A stretch of 64,000 bases of DNA, taken from a virus. The translations under genes were made by a program, and so were the position numbers. Shown here in pieces: positions 27,901 through 36,957 of this stretch (positions are counted from its first letter, which is position 1; every line of letters starts with the position of its first letter). The DNA is taken from the IMG/VR virus record IMGVR_UViG_3300038393_001317. One strand, 5' to 3'. The notes beneath the pieces are model-generated. The model made no database searches, was not told the origin of the DNA, and worked only from the letters and a program-made list of their open reading frames with translations.

Positions 27901-29512
27901 TCGCCGACTCGATCGAGCGCTTGCCCATCGAGACCTGGAATTGGTCCTTCTTGCCCTGCTTGAGCGCCACCGTCAGCGCGGCGTTCGCCTCCATCTCGCC
28001 CAGGGTCTGGCCGAGAATCTTCTGGGCGTCCACGACGGCGCGGCGCCGGCGCGCATTCATTTCCTGGGCGACTTGCAGGTCCTGCGCGGTCTCGCCCTCG
28101 CCCAGCTCGATTTCCTTCGCGGCATCCAGGAGCTCCTGCGCGCGGCCCATGGCCTCGGCGCTCGACTCCATGTAGTGGTGCAGGTGGAAGTCCTGCATGC
28201 CCTCCGTGATGCGCTGCACGTCCTCGGGCATGTCGTTGTGGATGCGGCGCGCCAGGACCTGGGCGGCGCCGGCGACGCCGAGCACGTCCACGACGCTGCG
28301 GTCGACCAGCGCCTGGCCGCCGACGGCGAGCGCCAGGCTGTTGATGCTGTTGTGCGCGCCGACGGCCACGTGCTTGCCCAGGGTCTCCTCGGGTCGATCG
28401 CCGGCCAGGCGGTTGAACTCCGACAGGAACGCGCGGGTCTGCGCGGTGCGCAGGTCGTTCGCCAGGTCCTCGGCGATCTTGGTGTCGGCCTCCGGGTCCG
28501 CGGTGTACTCGAGCACGTACGCCTTCGGCTCGGCCGTCGCCTTGTCGATCGCCGCGTTCGCCTCGCGCGCCTTCTTTTGGATTTGCTTGAGGCGCTTCGC
28601 GGCGCGAAGAATCTCCGCGGCCTGCTTCGCGTCGGCCAGGGTCGTGTCGTTCTTGGGGCCGACGGGCTCGCGAATCTTCTCGAGCTCGCCCTTGATCATC
28701 TTCGCCGTCTCGCCGCGCTTGACGGCCGCCTGGCGCTGGTCGTCGGTGAGCAGGGCGGCCTTCGCCTCCTTGATCGGCGCGACCTCCTTTTTCAGCTCCT
28801 CGTCGGTGAGGCCCGCCTTCTCGGCGCGCTCCTTGAAGTTGTTCGCGAAGCCCGTCGCGGCGCCCCCGGCGGGCGTCGGGTCCAGGTCCTCGACGCTGAT
28901 CACGTCGGGGTCCTTGGCATCGAGCGGAATCTCGCCGATGCCGGCCTCCAGGCGGGCGGCGTGATCGGCCACCAGGCGCTGGCGCTGCATCTCGACCGCC
29001 TCGGACGCGCGGCGCATGATGGTCTTGTGGTGCTCCTGGGCGGCCTTGTTGCGCGCGGCGTCGGACACGTTCGCGTACTGCTCCTCGGGGAACTCGAGGT
29101 CCTTCGGCTCCCAGCCCATGGCCTGGGCGACGGTCTGCACGAACTTGCGCTCGTGTTCGCGTTGCTGGCGCTGCACGTCCAGCTTGGCCTGCTTCTTTTT
29201 CTCGGCGATGCCGGCCTCGCGATCGCGCTTGGCCTGGATTTTCCGCTCCTCGGCTTTGGCCTTCTTTTTCTGCTCGGCCTCCGCCTTGTACTCGGACTCC
29301 TTCTTGACGCCCCGCAGCTTGAGGTAGTTCAACTTGCCGCCGGCGCCGCCAATGACGTGCGCCGAGCCGTCGGCGTTCGGCTGAATCAGGACTGGCTGAC
29401 CCTCGGAGCCGGGGCCGTTCGGGTGCACGGTAATCCAGCGCGCGCCCTCGGGGATGGCGGCCGCCTTCGCGAGCGGTTTTGCCGGCAGGAAAACGATGGG
29501 GCGATCGGCCAT
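24935..29512 (-). CDS. 1525-aa cargo-block protein with C-terminal superfamily-2 helicase
   Basis: Walker A AAFGTGSGKT, motif II NVDEGQ, helicase-C VVFAHSLKQVQMLAERLEKAGHRVVTITG...ASDAGATGMN...HAQRNGRIFRTGQ (about nt 25088-26515). Long coiled-coil/unknown N-terminus starts ..RWITVHPNGPGSEGQPVLIQ. Confidence 0.85.
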   Translation of the reverse strand: MADRPIVFLPAKPLAKAAAIPEGARWITVHPNGPGSEGQPVLIQPNADGSAHVIGGAGGKLNYLKLRGVKKESEYKAEAEQKKKAKAEERKIQAKRDREAGIAEKKKQAKLDVQRQQREHERKFVQTVAQAMGWEPKDLEFPEEQYANVSDAARNKAAQEHHKTIMRRASEAVEMQRQRLVADHAARLEAGIGEIPLDAKDPDVISVEDLDPTPAGGAATGFANNFKERAEKAGLTDEELKKEVAPIKEAKAALLTDDQRQAAVKRGETAKMIKGELEKIREPVGPKNDTTLADAKQAAEILRAAKRLKQIQKKAREANAAIDKATAEPKAYVLEYTADPEADTKIAEDLANDLRTAQTRAFLSEFNRLAGDRPEETLGKHVAVGAHNSINSLALAVGGQALVDRSVVDVLGVAGAAQVLARRIHNDMPEDVQRITEGMQDFHLHHYMESSAEAMGRAQELLDAAKEIELGEGETAQDLQVAQEMNARRRRAVVDAQKILGQTLGEMEANAALTVALKQGKKDQFQVSMGKRSIESAITQVRAIGLQRGEYQVDTAGGNTFLTVTGAGLDRLAKPIDRADVEQVQRNLAIIRGDQDEDGWLPIGVARRPDLAMDVKPGVAPRLAEPFTPGADLEQSLLDYIGGRAADGDTPGDIVADIQSAAFFDKVGADRADEYRKALDAVAPLKDGRGKPRRAEALAGDFDGYADVFMQRRHPNGRQAINRQKFNVDQVSVDALHRALAETPEGVAAFKQLGELEQQDQRALREFFYRNVAKESPDAGNMRRELEDHVAAEPEKTVGDMFGEETENPAWADWRARRDELAAKVGSASLDWAKYVEAMHGNEKAYQAVQDLIRSRVAKSFLEAHNKLNPRAPLKLGRTVIRNNLNHLDAVDPAAREERMARERALVDSLRERSAGKYAAGAVSDKLDAAREKNEALEQAQMGFFSTEDAPAAAGDQEPQLAGDERYTIGHEAERQLAGMMGVVGRNFKPGQPLRLWEPTMSGGKNAARQRLVKLIDANKRVVAAFGTGSGKTLLGLASYSHLHGQGKAKRGLFLVPSIVQGQFAGEALRYLEPGKYKWHIEPGASREERIKAHKDASNHFTVMTHQSFRDDMMHLAAQHAGVSPDEMTARVAAMSDDERKDWMKATLEREGISYDYLNVDEGQNTLNRAGKENSSLANVVDALSHPDVTPYYVTASGDPVKNDASEVFDLMRKMDPARYRDRGEFMRRYGADTLASKDALRREMARYIFPSKIDPDVHADRKESKLALSAGQRQALAELEGHFTRARIARIQGRVDVDAMKAIAPQQFDGLEESAHQARAKELQQSLGIMKSSAVMRTIMEHEDNPIADDLVAKAAERKGKPGVVFAHSLKQVQMLAERLEKAGHRVVTITGKDGPKEKERKRRMFKPEQGEAQADILVASDAGATGMNVQRGQWLYQADTPMTAMTHAQRNGRIFRTGQENDVELIDAVPDHPEVHRARDRLQRKYGLRDLMTSSLEGLDETGIAQFLRERQVREADSPGALF

Positions 29513-29518
29513 CGCCTC

Positions 29519-29534
29519 ATCGTAGGGTCACGAC
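29519..29534 (-). promoter_or_regulatory. GTCGTGAC-CC-TACGAT box, 6 nt before ATG 29512
   Basis: - strand GTCGTGACCCTACGATGAGGCGATG. Confidence 0.55.
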
Positions 29535-29538
29535 GGCG

Positions 29539-30096
29539 TCAGTCCTTTTTCGCCATCAGGCGGCGCAGCGAGCCCTTCGCCGGCGCCGTGGACGACAGGA
29601 ACTGGTCGCGGTGCTTGATCGCCTCGCGGGCATGGTCAGGGTGCACGCCCTGGCTCGTGAAATGCTCGTGCATCTCCTCGTCGGAGCTGCTTTCGTCGTT
29701 GGCGAGCGATTGCTCCATGAGCTCGAGGTGATCGTCCGGCACCTCGGACTTCGGCTTGCCCTGGGCGCGCTCGAGGTTCTTTGCGGCGTCGGCGGCCGGG
29801 TCGGCCGGCTTCGGGATGCCACGGGCGCCCTTCACGTCGTCGTGCGGCACGTCATGCTGGTTGCCGTCCTCGCCGTGCACGTGATGGACCACGGACTTGC
29901 CGTCGCGGTGACCCATGTAGATGCCCAGGCCGTTCTTGCCCTTCTTTTCCGGGTGCGGGAAGAACACATGCTGGCCCGGCTTGTAGCCCTTCGGGTGCGC
30001 TTGCAGGTTCACCAGGCGCTCGTGGCCGGTGACAGTCGTCCCGTCCTTCTTGGTGTACGGGCCGACGTGCGACTTGAGCAGAACGATGGGCTTCAT
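29539..30096 (-). CDS. His-rich 185-aa cargo-block protein with shared N-terminal leader
   Basis: MKPIVLLKSHVGPYTKKDGTTVTGHERL...; GGAG SD. Confidence 0.75.
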   Translation of the reverse strand: MKPIVLLKSHVGPYTKKDGTTVTGHERLVNLQAHPKGYKPGQHVFFPHPEKKGKNGLGIYMGHRDGKSVVHHVHGEDGNQHDVPHDDVKGARGIPKPADPAADAAKNLERAQGKPKSEVPDDHLELMEQSLANDESSSDEEMHEHFTSQGVHPDHAREAIKHRDQFLSSTAPAKGSLRRLMAKKD

Positions 30097-30106
30097 GGTG
30101 ACTCCG

Positions 30107-30122
30107 ATTGTTTGGTCACGAC
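30107..30122 (-). promoter_or_regulatory. GTCGTGAC-CA-AACAAT box, overlaps TGA of upstream gene
   Basis: - strand GTCGTGACCAAACAATCGGAGTCACCATG. Confidence 0.45.
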
Positions 30123-30445
30123 AGCCCGGCGTCCGGGTCCTGGAGCGTGTAGACCTCGCCGTGCGCGTCGGTGACGGTCGGCCGGCCCAGGTTGAACGTG
30201 GCGTTCTGGCGGTACTCCTGGGCGGCCGCCTGCAGCGCGGCGTCCAGCGACGTGACGGCCTCGGGCGCCATGCGCGCCATGGCGTCGGGCTCCTCGTAGT
30301 CGCCGAGCAGGTGCAGGTTCTCGCGGGTGTAGAACTGCTTGAGGAGCGCCTTCACGAACCACCAGTAGGGGCCGAAATTGCGGTAGCGCCGCGGGTCCTG
30401 TTGCAGGAGCTGGAGCGTGCTTTCGGCGAATGCGCGGGCGTTCAT
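30116..30445 (-). CDS. hypothetical 109-aa protein
   Basis: ATGA overlap with the 2157-aa gene; normal composition (..FGPYWWFVKALLKQFYTRENLHLLGDYEEPD..). Confidence 0.7.
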   Translation of the reverse strand: MNARAFAESTLQLLQQDPRRYRNFGPYWWFVKALLKQFYTRENLHLLGDYEEPDAMARMAPEAVTSLDAALQAAAQEYRQNATFNLGRPTVTDAHGEVYTLQDPDAGLS

Positions 30446-33400
30446 TTGGCGGTCTCCAGGCTTTCCGCGATGAGCTCGCGCATGGTCTTTCCTGAGCTCG
30501 AGTGGTGACTCGTGTAGTAGCCGCCGTAGCCGCTGTACGGCGCGAACTTGCCGGTCAGGCCGTACTCGCGAAGCTGGTTGGGCGTCATGTCCAGGATGCC
30601 GGCCTGGTCGGCGGCATGGTGCAGGTGCTGGAGCAGGGCGCGCGAGTGGTTCCAGCCCTGCGCGAGCACGCGCACGGTCTCGGCGTCGATGTTCGCCTTG
30701 TGGTGCCGGCGGCCGCCCTCGAGCATCGCCTCCGCCAGGTCGTTGTGGCCGGACTGGAGCGCCATCTTCAACAGGGCGTTGTGCACGCTCAGGTCGTGCG
30801 CGCCGGCGATCGCGTAGTTCGAATGCTTCTTGTCGAACACCGCGGACATGGGCTTGCCCAGGTCGCCCAGGTGCCGCGCGCGCGCCCAGAGCATCGTGAG
30901 CGCTTCCTTCGGATAGCGCGCGGTCATGCCGGCGTCGCCGTACGACTCGTTGCGGCCCTCGACTTTCGCCAGCGGGTAGATGGCGTCGAACGCGTCCTTG
31001 ATCGAGCCGGCGCGGCGAATGCGCTGCATCTGCTCGGACTTCATGCGCTCCTTCGCCTCCTTCACCAGGGGCGCGTCGACGCCGTACGTGCGGGAGTCGC
31101 CGCCCAGGCGCTGGAGCGCCGCCTTGAACGGGTTAACGTGCTTCCCGTCGTAGCGCGTGCCGGCGTACTCGCGAGCCGCCGTGCTGTAGGACTTGTTGCG
31201 GCCGCGCTTGCCGCTCGACGCATGGAAGTGCGAGCCGATCTTCGCGCCGCGGCGCGCATCCATGAACGCCTGGATGGCCTTTTCCTTCGCGTCGCTGGTC
31301 GGGAGCAGGTAGTCGTGCGTGTCGTGCTTGTCGCGAGCGTGATAGCTTTCGACGGACTCGAGCGCGCCGGTCTCCTTGTTGATCATGGTCACGTCGCCGT
31401 ACGGCATCGTGAACTTGTAGTCCTTCATGCCCTGCTTGATGCGCTCCTGGAGCATGTCCTTGTTCTTGTCGATGACGGCCGTCGGCAGCGCCGCAATCTC
31501 CTCCCACTTCGAGATGCCGTCCAGCTTCTCGGCGGCCGCGGCTTCGAACTTCTCCTGGGCCTCCTTGCCTTCGGCTTCGGCGTCGTACTTGAACAGCGCG
31601 GCGTCCTTGAGCTCGTCCAGCTTGACGGTCGCTCGCTTGCCGCCCTCGAGGTCGGCGTAGCGGCGGATGGTCACGGTACCGTCGCGCATGTTGACGCCGG
31701 TGACCACGACCTTGCCCTCGCCGGGCATCTCGAGGCCGACGTTGGCCGTCAGCGTCGCGCCGGTCGCCGGGTGAATCAGCGTGTCGCTCGCGCTGTCCAG
31801 CGCGGACTTCGCCGGCCAGTACTTGTTGTTGAACAGCGACGTTTTCGCCGCCTCGATGCGATCGCGCAGCATCGTCGCCGACTTGGTTTCCTTGTTCTTG
31901 AGGGCACTGTAGCTGCGCGACAGGTCCACGAAGCGAACGAACTGCTTCTGGGCGTCGGCGCGCTGGTCGGCCTCGTACCGCTTCATGGCGGCCGACTTGT
32001 CCTCATCGAACTTCTTGCGGGCCTCGTCCGGGTCGGCCGACAGCATGATGCGCATGTCGTCCAGGGTCAGGTTGCCCTCGCGCGCCAGGTTCTCGACGCG
32101 ATCGCCGCCATTCCAGAGCAGGTCCTGCCAGTCGCGCTTGGCGTGCACGGCCTGGTAGCGGTAGCCGTCGAAACTGCCCTTCGCCAGGTACGAGTGAGTG
32201 CGCACCGACTCGTTCAGGTTGCCCTGGCGGATGCCGCGGCCCAGGCGCTGCTGCACCGTGGCCGGCTCCCAGGGAATGTCCAGCTCGTGAATGTCGGTAG
32301 TGGTCTTTTGCAGGTTCAGGCCCTCGGCCATCGTGACGTTGCCGATGACGACCTTGAGCTTGCCGGCGTTGAACTTGTCGGCGATGTTCTGGCGCTTGAC
32401 CGCGGAGCCCGCGACCTGGGCGTTGATGATGCCGATTTGCTCGCGCGGAATGCCGGCGTCGACCAGGGAGCGCACGATCTTGTCGTGCGTCGGCACCGAC
32501 TCGCAGAACACGATTTGGCCGCCCTCCTTCGCGCCGGCGACGACGTGCTTCGCCAGCTCCTCGAGCTTCGGCGATCGCGCGCCCTCGTGGCCCAGGAGCG
32601 CCAGGTCCAGGGCGGCCTTGCCCATCTTGTCCATGATGGAGAAGATGTGGCTGTCGCCCGTGGCGTCCTTCTTGCCAGACGACTCCTCGGCCAGCGCGCG
32701 CAGCTCGGCGTAGATGTTCTGTTGCGCCGGCGTCATGTCGACCAGGTGCGTCTGCTGGTCGCGCTCCGGCAGCTTGAGGCCCACGTCCTGCGCGGTGCGC
32801 CGGTCGATGAACCGGAACATGATTTCGCGCAGCTCGTCCAGGTTCTTGAACCCGGACACCACGAGCGCGTCCTCGATCGAGCCGTTCGTGCCCAGGACCT
32901 TGTCCTGCTGAAACTCGCAGAAGCGGTCCAGGAACTCCTCGCTGTTGCGGATGCCGATGTTCTCGAACGCCTCCGGCGCGATATGCGACAGCATCGAGTA
33001 AATCTCGAGCGGGCTGTTTTTCGTCGGCGTCGCCGTCAGGCCGTAGATGCCCTTGCCGTTGCCGCCGTTCTCGCGCACCCAGCGGGTCTTGAGGTTGAAG
33101 TCCAGGGCCCGGTTGGAGAGGCCCTGGCCGCCCAGGAACTTCGGGTTCTCGCCGAAGCGCGCGCGCGCCGCGTAGAGGTTTTTCTGGTGGTGCATCTCAT
33201 CGGCGATGAGCATGTCCACGCCCAGGTCATCGAACCAGATCGCGTCGGTGCGGTCGGCGAACTCGCGCTGCGCCAGGTGCTGCTCGAACTTCTCGCGGAT
33301 GGCCTTGCGCCGCTTGTCGCCGGCGTTGCCCAGGGCCTCGCCGCGCTGCACCCAGAAGTCCTCGCCGTAGTACTTCTCCTTGGTCTCCGGATTGAGGTCG

Positions 33401-36400
33401 ACCTCCTCGAACGCCGGCTCGCTGATGAACACAAAGTCGTAGTCGTTCTGCGTCAGGTCGTGGTACTTGCGCTTGCGCTCCGCGGCGTCGTCGTCGCGGC
33501 CGACCAGCTCGCCGGCCTTGTCGCGCGCGAAGTTGGCGCCGATCGTGAGCACGCGCGAGCCCGGGAACCAGACCTGGGACTCGGCGTACCAGTTGGCGAG
33601 CACCGACTTGGGCACGACGATGATCGGGCGCTTCGCGGTGCCCTGCATCTTCGCCATACGCGCCAGGAGCAGGCCGCCCAGCGTCTTGCCCAGGCCCACG
33701 TCGTCCGCGATGATGCCCTTGCCGTCCGCCAGGCTGCGGCGCAGCGACGACCAGCGCCAGGCGCGCACGTCGCGGTCCGTCGTGAGGCCCGGCACGTCCA
33801 TGGGCTCGTCGGAAAAGTCGCGCTGCACGAAGCCGCGGAACTTGCGGTTGTAAAGGTCCTCGACCGCATCGCGGTACTGCGATGCGCACAGCCACTGCTT
33901 GAACTCGTCGTTCAGGCGCTCGAGCTGAGGCAGGTCCTCCTCTTTGCGCACGCCGGTGCGATTGAGGTACTTGTCCAGGAGCTTCGACGTGCCGTACTCG
34001 TTGCCGCCGCGGATGATGTAGACGCCGTCGCGGAAGGTAATCTCGACGGGCTTCTGCTTGCGCGTCCACTCGTTGGCCTGGTCGCTGTCGTACTGCTTCC
34101 AGTTGAAGAACGCCTCGACCACGTGCAGCGGCAGGAAGGCCGAATTGAGCTGGACCTCCACGTCCTCCAGGGCCTTCGGGTCGATCGCCTTCTCGAGGCG
34201 CGACACCTGGTCGGCGAGCTTGTCCTGGAGCGCGTGACCGCCGGCGAGCGCCGCCTTCGCGGCATCCAGCTTCGGCCACAGCTCGCCCGTCAGGTACATG
34301 CTCATGGGCGTCCAGCGGCCCTCGCTGACCCACGCGTAGCGCGCATCCGCGGCGAGCTGGTCCTCGACTTCGGCCAGGTCCTTGCCCAGGCGCTCGGCGA
34401 GCTCGGCGGCCGTGAAGTCCGCGGACTTCGCCTCCAGCGCCATCGCTTCGGCGGTCACGTCGAAGCCGCCCTCGAGCGCGCGCGAGCCCTTGCCCAGGAC
34501 GGCGTCGGACAGCTCGCCCTGGCGGTTGACGGCGCCGACCAGGCGGAACAGGCGCTTGTCCGACGACGCCGCGGTCATCAGGTCCTTGTTGTCGGCCGGG
34601 ATGCCATGCTTCGCCACCCAGGCGCGCACGTCGGCCTCGAGCTGCGGCCGGTTCACGGCCTGGCCGTTGAACAGGCGGTCGATTTCCGCGGCGATCGGGC
34701 CGGCGTCGGCGATCGCCGGCGCCTGCATGAACTCGTCCACGCGATGCCAGCGCGGCGGGTCGCCCTGCAAGATGTACTGCACGCCGTCGACGGTTTTCAC
34801 GTCGCCGACCTTGGCCGTCGTGAGGTACGGACGATCGCGCTGCGCGGCGTTGCGCGCACGCTCGCGCGTCTCGTCGTTCGTGATCGTCTCGAGCACCTGG
34901 TCGACCGTCAGCTCGGTCGCCGGGCGCGACTCGCTGTCCGCCGTGAAGGCCGCCAGGGCCTCGGGCACACCGGCCATGGAGCCGTTGACGGTAATGTCGT
35001 TGCCCATGCCGGCCTGGGCGCGCCAGCCCGGGCCCATGGTGCCGAGAATGTTCGCGGCGCCGCGGCCGGTGAAGTACGAACCGGCGATGAACTCCTCGTC
35101 CCAGACGCCCAGCTTCTTGAGCGCGGCCTGGTCGTCGGCGACCTTGTCGTCCAGGACGTTGAGCGCCTGGCCGACGGCGTCGGGCCGCTTGCGGAAGTAC
35201 ACCACGTCGGTGGTCACTTCGGTATGCGAGTGCTCGAACGCGGTGTTCGGCATGCGCTGGGCGCCCAGGAACTCGGCGCGGCACAGCCAGCCCTGGCGCA
35301 TCGAGCGCGCGGAGCTCGAGTCCAGGATGCCGGTCGGCACGACCAGGGCGATGATGCCGCCGGGCTTCGCCTTGTCGATCGCGGTGTCCACGAAGTACTG
35401 CTCCGCGGTGCCGATTTGCTTCTTGTCGTCCTTCGCCAGCATGCCGCGCGGGCCGTACGGCGGGTTGCCGATCACCACGTCGAACTGGCGGTCGTCCATG
35501 GTTGCGAAGCGCTCGAACGCCGCGGTGTGCACCTCATGGCGATCGCCATGCAGCACGGTCGCGACGGTCGCGCTCACCGGGTCGAGCTCGACGCCGGTGA
35601 CCTTGAAGCCGGCGGGCGCGGTATGCAGGAACACGCCGGTGCCGCACGACGGCTCGAGGGCGTCGCCGTGCGTGATGCCCAGGGAGCCGATGACTTCCCA
35701 CATGGCGCGGGTTACGTCCGGGTCGGTGTAGTACTCGTTCAGGCTGTCGCCGCATCCGCCGTTGCCGCTGTACTGACGCATGAGCGCGCGGTCGGCGCCG
35801 TCGTACGGGCCGCCCTGGGCGATGCGTGCCGCCACCTGGTTGTTGATCGAGCGGCGGTCGGCCTTGCTGATGCCGGCCGCCACGCCGAAGGGGGCCGAGC
35901 GGTCGTGCGTGTCGATCGCCGGCGTCTCGGGTTCCGCGGGTTTCGTTTCAGCCGGCGGGGGATTCGTCTCGCCTTTGGGCGCTTTCGTTGCGCGCTTCGG
36001 CTTCTTGTCCTTGCCCTTGAAGTAGTCGCGGTACGCGCGGCCGAAATGCTTCTGGGCGTCCAGCTCCTCCTGGAGCGTCGTGCGCTGGCCCGACATGAGG
36101 TTCATGCGCAGGTCGCCGCTGCCGGCCAGAATCTCGTCCTTCTGCTTGCCCAGGCGATCGCGCAGGCCCGTCAGCGTCTCGAGGTGCCCGGCGAGCTCGT
36201 CCAGCTTGGCGGCGTGCTTCTTGAACTCCGCGCGATGCGCGCCGACGGCGCCCTCGAACTGGCCCTCGCGGACCACGTCCGGTACCGGCGCCTTGCGCTG
36301 CGACTCGAGGCCGGCTTCGGCCTCGCGCATGGCCGTCTCGGCCTTGTTCTTTTTCGAGTGCGTGCGCTCCATCTCGGCGCGCACCTTGCCCATCTCGTGG

Positions 36401-36915
36401 TAGTGGGTCTCGTGTTGCGTGCGGTGCAGCTCGAGCCAGCGCCGGCGATCGGCGTCGCTCAGGCCGCGCAGCGACTGGCGCGGCGTCGGCGCCGGGTGCT
36501 CGTCGTCGGTCGATCGCCGCTCCTCATCCCCAGTGTTTTCAACGACTTGCGCGGGTTCGGCCGCTGCAGGCGCAGGCGACGGCGTGAACATATCCGGCAC
36601 GGGCGCCGGCGCCGGCGCAACGCCCGGGAACTGCGCGGCGACCTGCTCGGGCGTGATGCCGCCCAGCTTCGCCATCTCGACGTACAGCCGCTGCTGGTGC
36701 GCCGCGGACATGGACGACAGCGTGCGCGTCATGCCGGCGACGCCGCCGTGCTTGTCGATGAACGCTTGCAGCCGGCCGTGATGCGCTGGGTGAACACCCT
36801 TCTTGCGCATCGCGGTGTGCTCCGGGATGACAACGCCGTCCTTGCGCACGTGCGTCGCCACTCGCACGGGCGTGTCGAACAGGGCCAGTTGGGATTTCTG
36901 GAAAAGGATGATCAT
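30442..36915 (-). CDS. 2157-aa N6-adenine-type (NPPY) DNA methyltransferase + SNF2/DExH helicase protein (P1 DarB-like architecture)
   Basis: Motif I LEPSCGTGVFL and motif IV VVIGNPPYGP (about nt 35176-35793). Helicase IIADDVGLGKT, MLIADEMHHQKN, LTATPTKNSPLE, QIVFCES...VIGNVTMAEGLNLQ...QQRLGRGIRQGN (about nt 32176-33783). Confidence 0.9.
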   Translation of the reverse strand: MIILFQKSQLALFDTPVRVATHVRKDGVVIPEHTAMRKKGVHPAHHGRLQAFIDKHGGVAGMTRTLSSMSAAHQQRLYVEMAKLGGITPEQVAAQFPGVAPAPAPVPDMFTPSPAPAAAEPAQVVENTGDEERRSTDDEHPAPTPRQSLRGLSDADRRRWLELHRTQHETHYHEMGKVRAEMERTHSKKNKAETAMREAEAGLESQRKAPVPDVVREGQFEGAVGAHRAEFKKHAAKLDELAGHLETLTGLRDRLGKQKDEILAGSGDLRMNLMSGQRTTLQEELDAQKHFGRAYRDYFKGKDKKPKRATKAPKGETNPPPAETKPAEPETPAIDTHDRSAPFGVAAGISKADRRSINNQVAARIAQGGPYDGADRALMRQYSGNGGCGDSLNEYYTDPDVTRAMWEVIGSLGITHGDALEPSCGTGVFLHTAPAGFKVTGVELDPVSATVATVLHGDRHEVHTAAFERFATMDDRQFDVVIGNPPYGPRGMLAKDDKKQIGTAEQYFVDTAIDKAKPGGIIALVVPTGILDSSSARSMRQGWLCRAEFLGAQRMPNTAFEHSHTEVTTDVVYFRKRPDAVGQALNVLDDKVADDQAALKKLGVWDEEFIAGSYFTGRGAANILGTMGPGWRAQAGMGNDITVNGSMAGVPEALAAFTADSESRPATELTVDQVLETITNDETRERARNAAQRDRPYLTTAKVGDVKTVDGVQYILQGDPPRWHRVDEFMQAPAIADAGPIAAEIDRLFNGQAVNRPQLEADVRAWVAKHGIPADNKDLMTAASSDKRLFRLVGAVNRQGELSDAVLGKGSRALEGGFDVTAEAMALEAKSADFTAAELAERLGKDLAEVEDQLAADARYAWVSEGRWTPMSMYLTGELWPKLDAAKAALAGGHALQDKLADQVSRLEKAIDPKALEDVEVQLNSAFLPLHVVEAFFNWKQYDSDQANEWTRKQKPVEITFRDGVYIIRGGNEYGTSKLLDKYLNRTGVRKEEDLPQLERLNDEFKQWLCASQYRDAVEDLYNRKFRGFVQRDFSDEPMDVPGLTTDRDVRAWRWSSLRRSLADGKGIIADDVGLGKTLGGLLLARMAKMQGTAKRPIIVVPKSVLANWYAESQVWFPGSRVLTIGANFARDKAGELVGRDDDAAERKRKYHDLTQNDYDFVFISEPAFEEVDLNPETKEKYYGEDFWVQRGEALGNAGDKRRKAIREKFEQHLAQREFADRTDAIWFDDLGVDMLIADEMHHQKNLYAARARFGENPKFLGGQGLSNRALDFNLKTRWVRENGGNGKGIYGLTATPTKNSPLEIYSMLSHIAPEAFENIGIRNSEEFLDRFCEFQQDKVLGTNGSIEDALVVSGFKNLDELREIMFRFIDRRTAQDVGLKLPERDQQTHLVDMTPAQQNIYAELRALAEESSGKKDATGDSHIFSIMDKMGKAALDLALLGHEGARSPKLEELAKHVVAGAKEGGQIVFCESVPTHDKIVRSLVDAGIPREQIGIINAQVAGSAVKRQNIADKFNAGKLKVVIGNVTMAEGLNLQKTTTDIHELDIPWEPATVQQRLGRGIRQGNLNESVRTHSYLAKGSFDGYRYQAVHAKRDWQDLLWNGGDRVENLAREGNLTLDDMRIMLSADPDEARKKFDEDKSAAMKRYEADQRADAQKQFVRFVDLSRSYSALKNKETKSATMLRDRIEAAKTSLFNNKYWPAKSALDSASDTLIHPATGATLTANVGLEMPGEGKVVVTGVNMRDGTVTIRRYADLEGGKRATVKLDELKDAALFKYDAEAEGKEAQEKFEAAAAEKLDGISKWEEIAALPTAVIDKNKDMLQERIKQGMKDYKFTMPYGDVTMINKETGALESVESYHARDKHDTHDYLLPTSDAKEKAIQAFMDARRGAKIGSHFHASSGKRGRNKSYSTAAREYAGTRYDGKHVNPFKAALQRLGGDSRTYGVDAPLVKEAKERMKSEQMQRIRRAGSIKDAFDAIYPLAKVEGRNESYGDAGMTARYPKEALTMLWARARHLGDLGKPMSAVFDKKHSNYAIAGAHDLSVHNALLKMALQSGHNDLAEAMLEGGRRHHKANIDAETVRVLAQGWNHSRALLQHLHHAADQAGILDMTPNQLREYGLTGKFAPYSGYGGYYTSHHSSSGKTMRELIAESLETAK

Positions 36916-36941
36916 GGGCGCGCCTGGTCCGGGTGCCCTAG

Positions 36942-36957
36942 ATCATCCTGTCACGAT
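36942..36957 (-). promoter_or_regulatory. ATCGTGAC-AG-GATGAT box variant, overlaps TGA of upstream gene
   Basis: - strand ATCGTGACAGGATGATCTAGG..., 34 nt before ATG 36915. Confidence 0.35.
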
